The position numbers and the translations under genes were made by a program. Source: a virus (lineage: Duplodnaviria; Caudoviricetes). From it: a stretch of DNA of 64,000 nucleotides. The stretch is taken from IMG/VR virus record IMGVR_UViG_3300025918_000012, positions 4,799-68,798 of that record; one strand, written 5' to 3'. The notes under the pieces were generated by a model. It saw only the letters and a list, made by a program, of their open reading frames with translations, was not told the origin of the DNA and did not search any database. This document shows positions 63,697 through 64,000 of this stretch, one piece after another; position 1 is the first letter of the stretch; each line of letters opens with the position of its first letter.

Positions 63697-64000
63697 GCAC
63701 GCATCTGGTCATGGTTCGCAGCACCCGCCGGGCGCGCGATCTGTGGCGCACGCGCTATTGGGTGGACTGCGTGCATTGCGACATGCGCACCGGGCCGCAC
63801 ACCGCCGCCGACGCCGCGATGGCAGCCGCCGTCGAGTGCCCGCACGAGCAGCCGATGGAGTACCTCTGCCCGATCCACGGGCCGACGCCGTGGGTGAACT
63901 TCCGAAAGCTCTCGTCCCGCGAGTACGAGCCGGAGTGCGTGACGTGCGACTCGCCGGTAACCCCGATCTACACGTCGAAGGAGGAGAACGCATGGAGGGC
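63693..64000 (+). CDS. Cys/His-rich hypothetical protein (3' truncated)
   Basis: GTGA coupling; CVHC, CP.H, CVTC; runs off the window end. Confidence 0.5.
   Translation, partial: MSTHLVMVRSTRRARDLWRTRYWVDCVHCDMRTGPHTAADAAMAAAVECPHEQPMEYLCPIHGPTPWVNFRKLSSREYEPECVTCDSPVTPIYTSKEENAWR

Overview
The window is a high-GC segment of a large contractile-tailed (myovirus-like) phage genome. The host is probably an actinobacterium; the SSB and ClpC N-domain sequences suggest Thermoleophilia/Solirubrobacterales, which is inference from recalled sequences. Layout: baseplate and tail fibres (1-11.7 kb); lysis enzymes and holin (11.7-14.5 kb); Bet/RecB-like recombination, replication initiator, loader and RusA (14.7-20.8 kb); a leftward accessory operon with three atypical tRNAs (20.8-26.9 kb); regulators, an Rpf-like secreted lysozyme, PAPS-reductase-family gene, SSB, Ku and ATP-dependent ligase (27-37 kb); terminase and, about 6.7 kb later, a portal gene (37.6-48.8 kb); then an accessory island. 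The most notable feature is in that island: four tandem Y RNAs (three with circularly permuted tRNA-like domains, all sharing AGGACCGAAG...CCTTGTCC) directly upstream of a Ro60/TROVE gene. This is followed by a KcsA-like K+ channel, a lipoprotein, a glutathionylspermidine-synthase-like ATP-grasp gene and DUF350. Two dispersed motifs recur: CCGACCAAGGAG before start codons and a TAA(C/G)ATCRTGGRC promoter. All family calls come from motif recognition by eye; no searches were run, and many start codons were chosen from RBS position or gene overlap.
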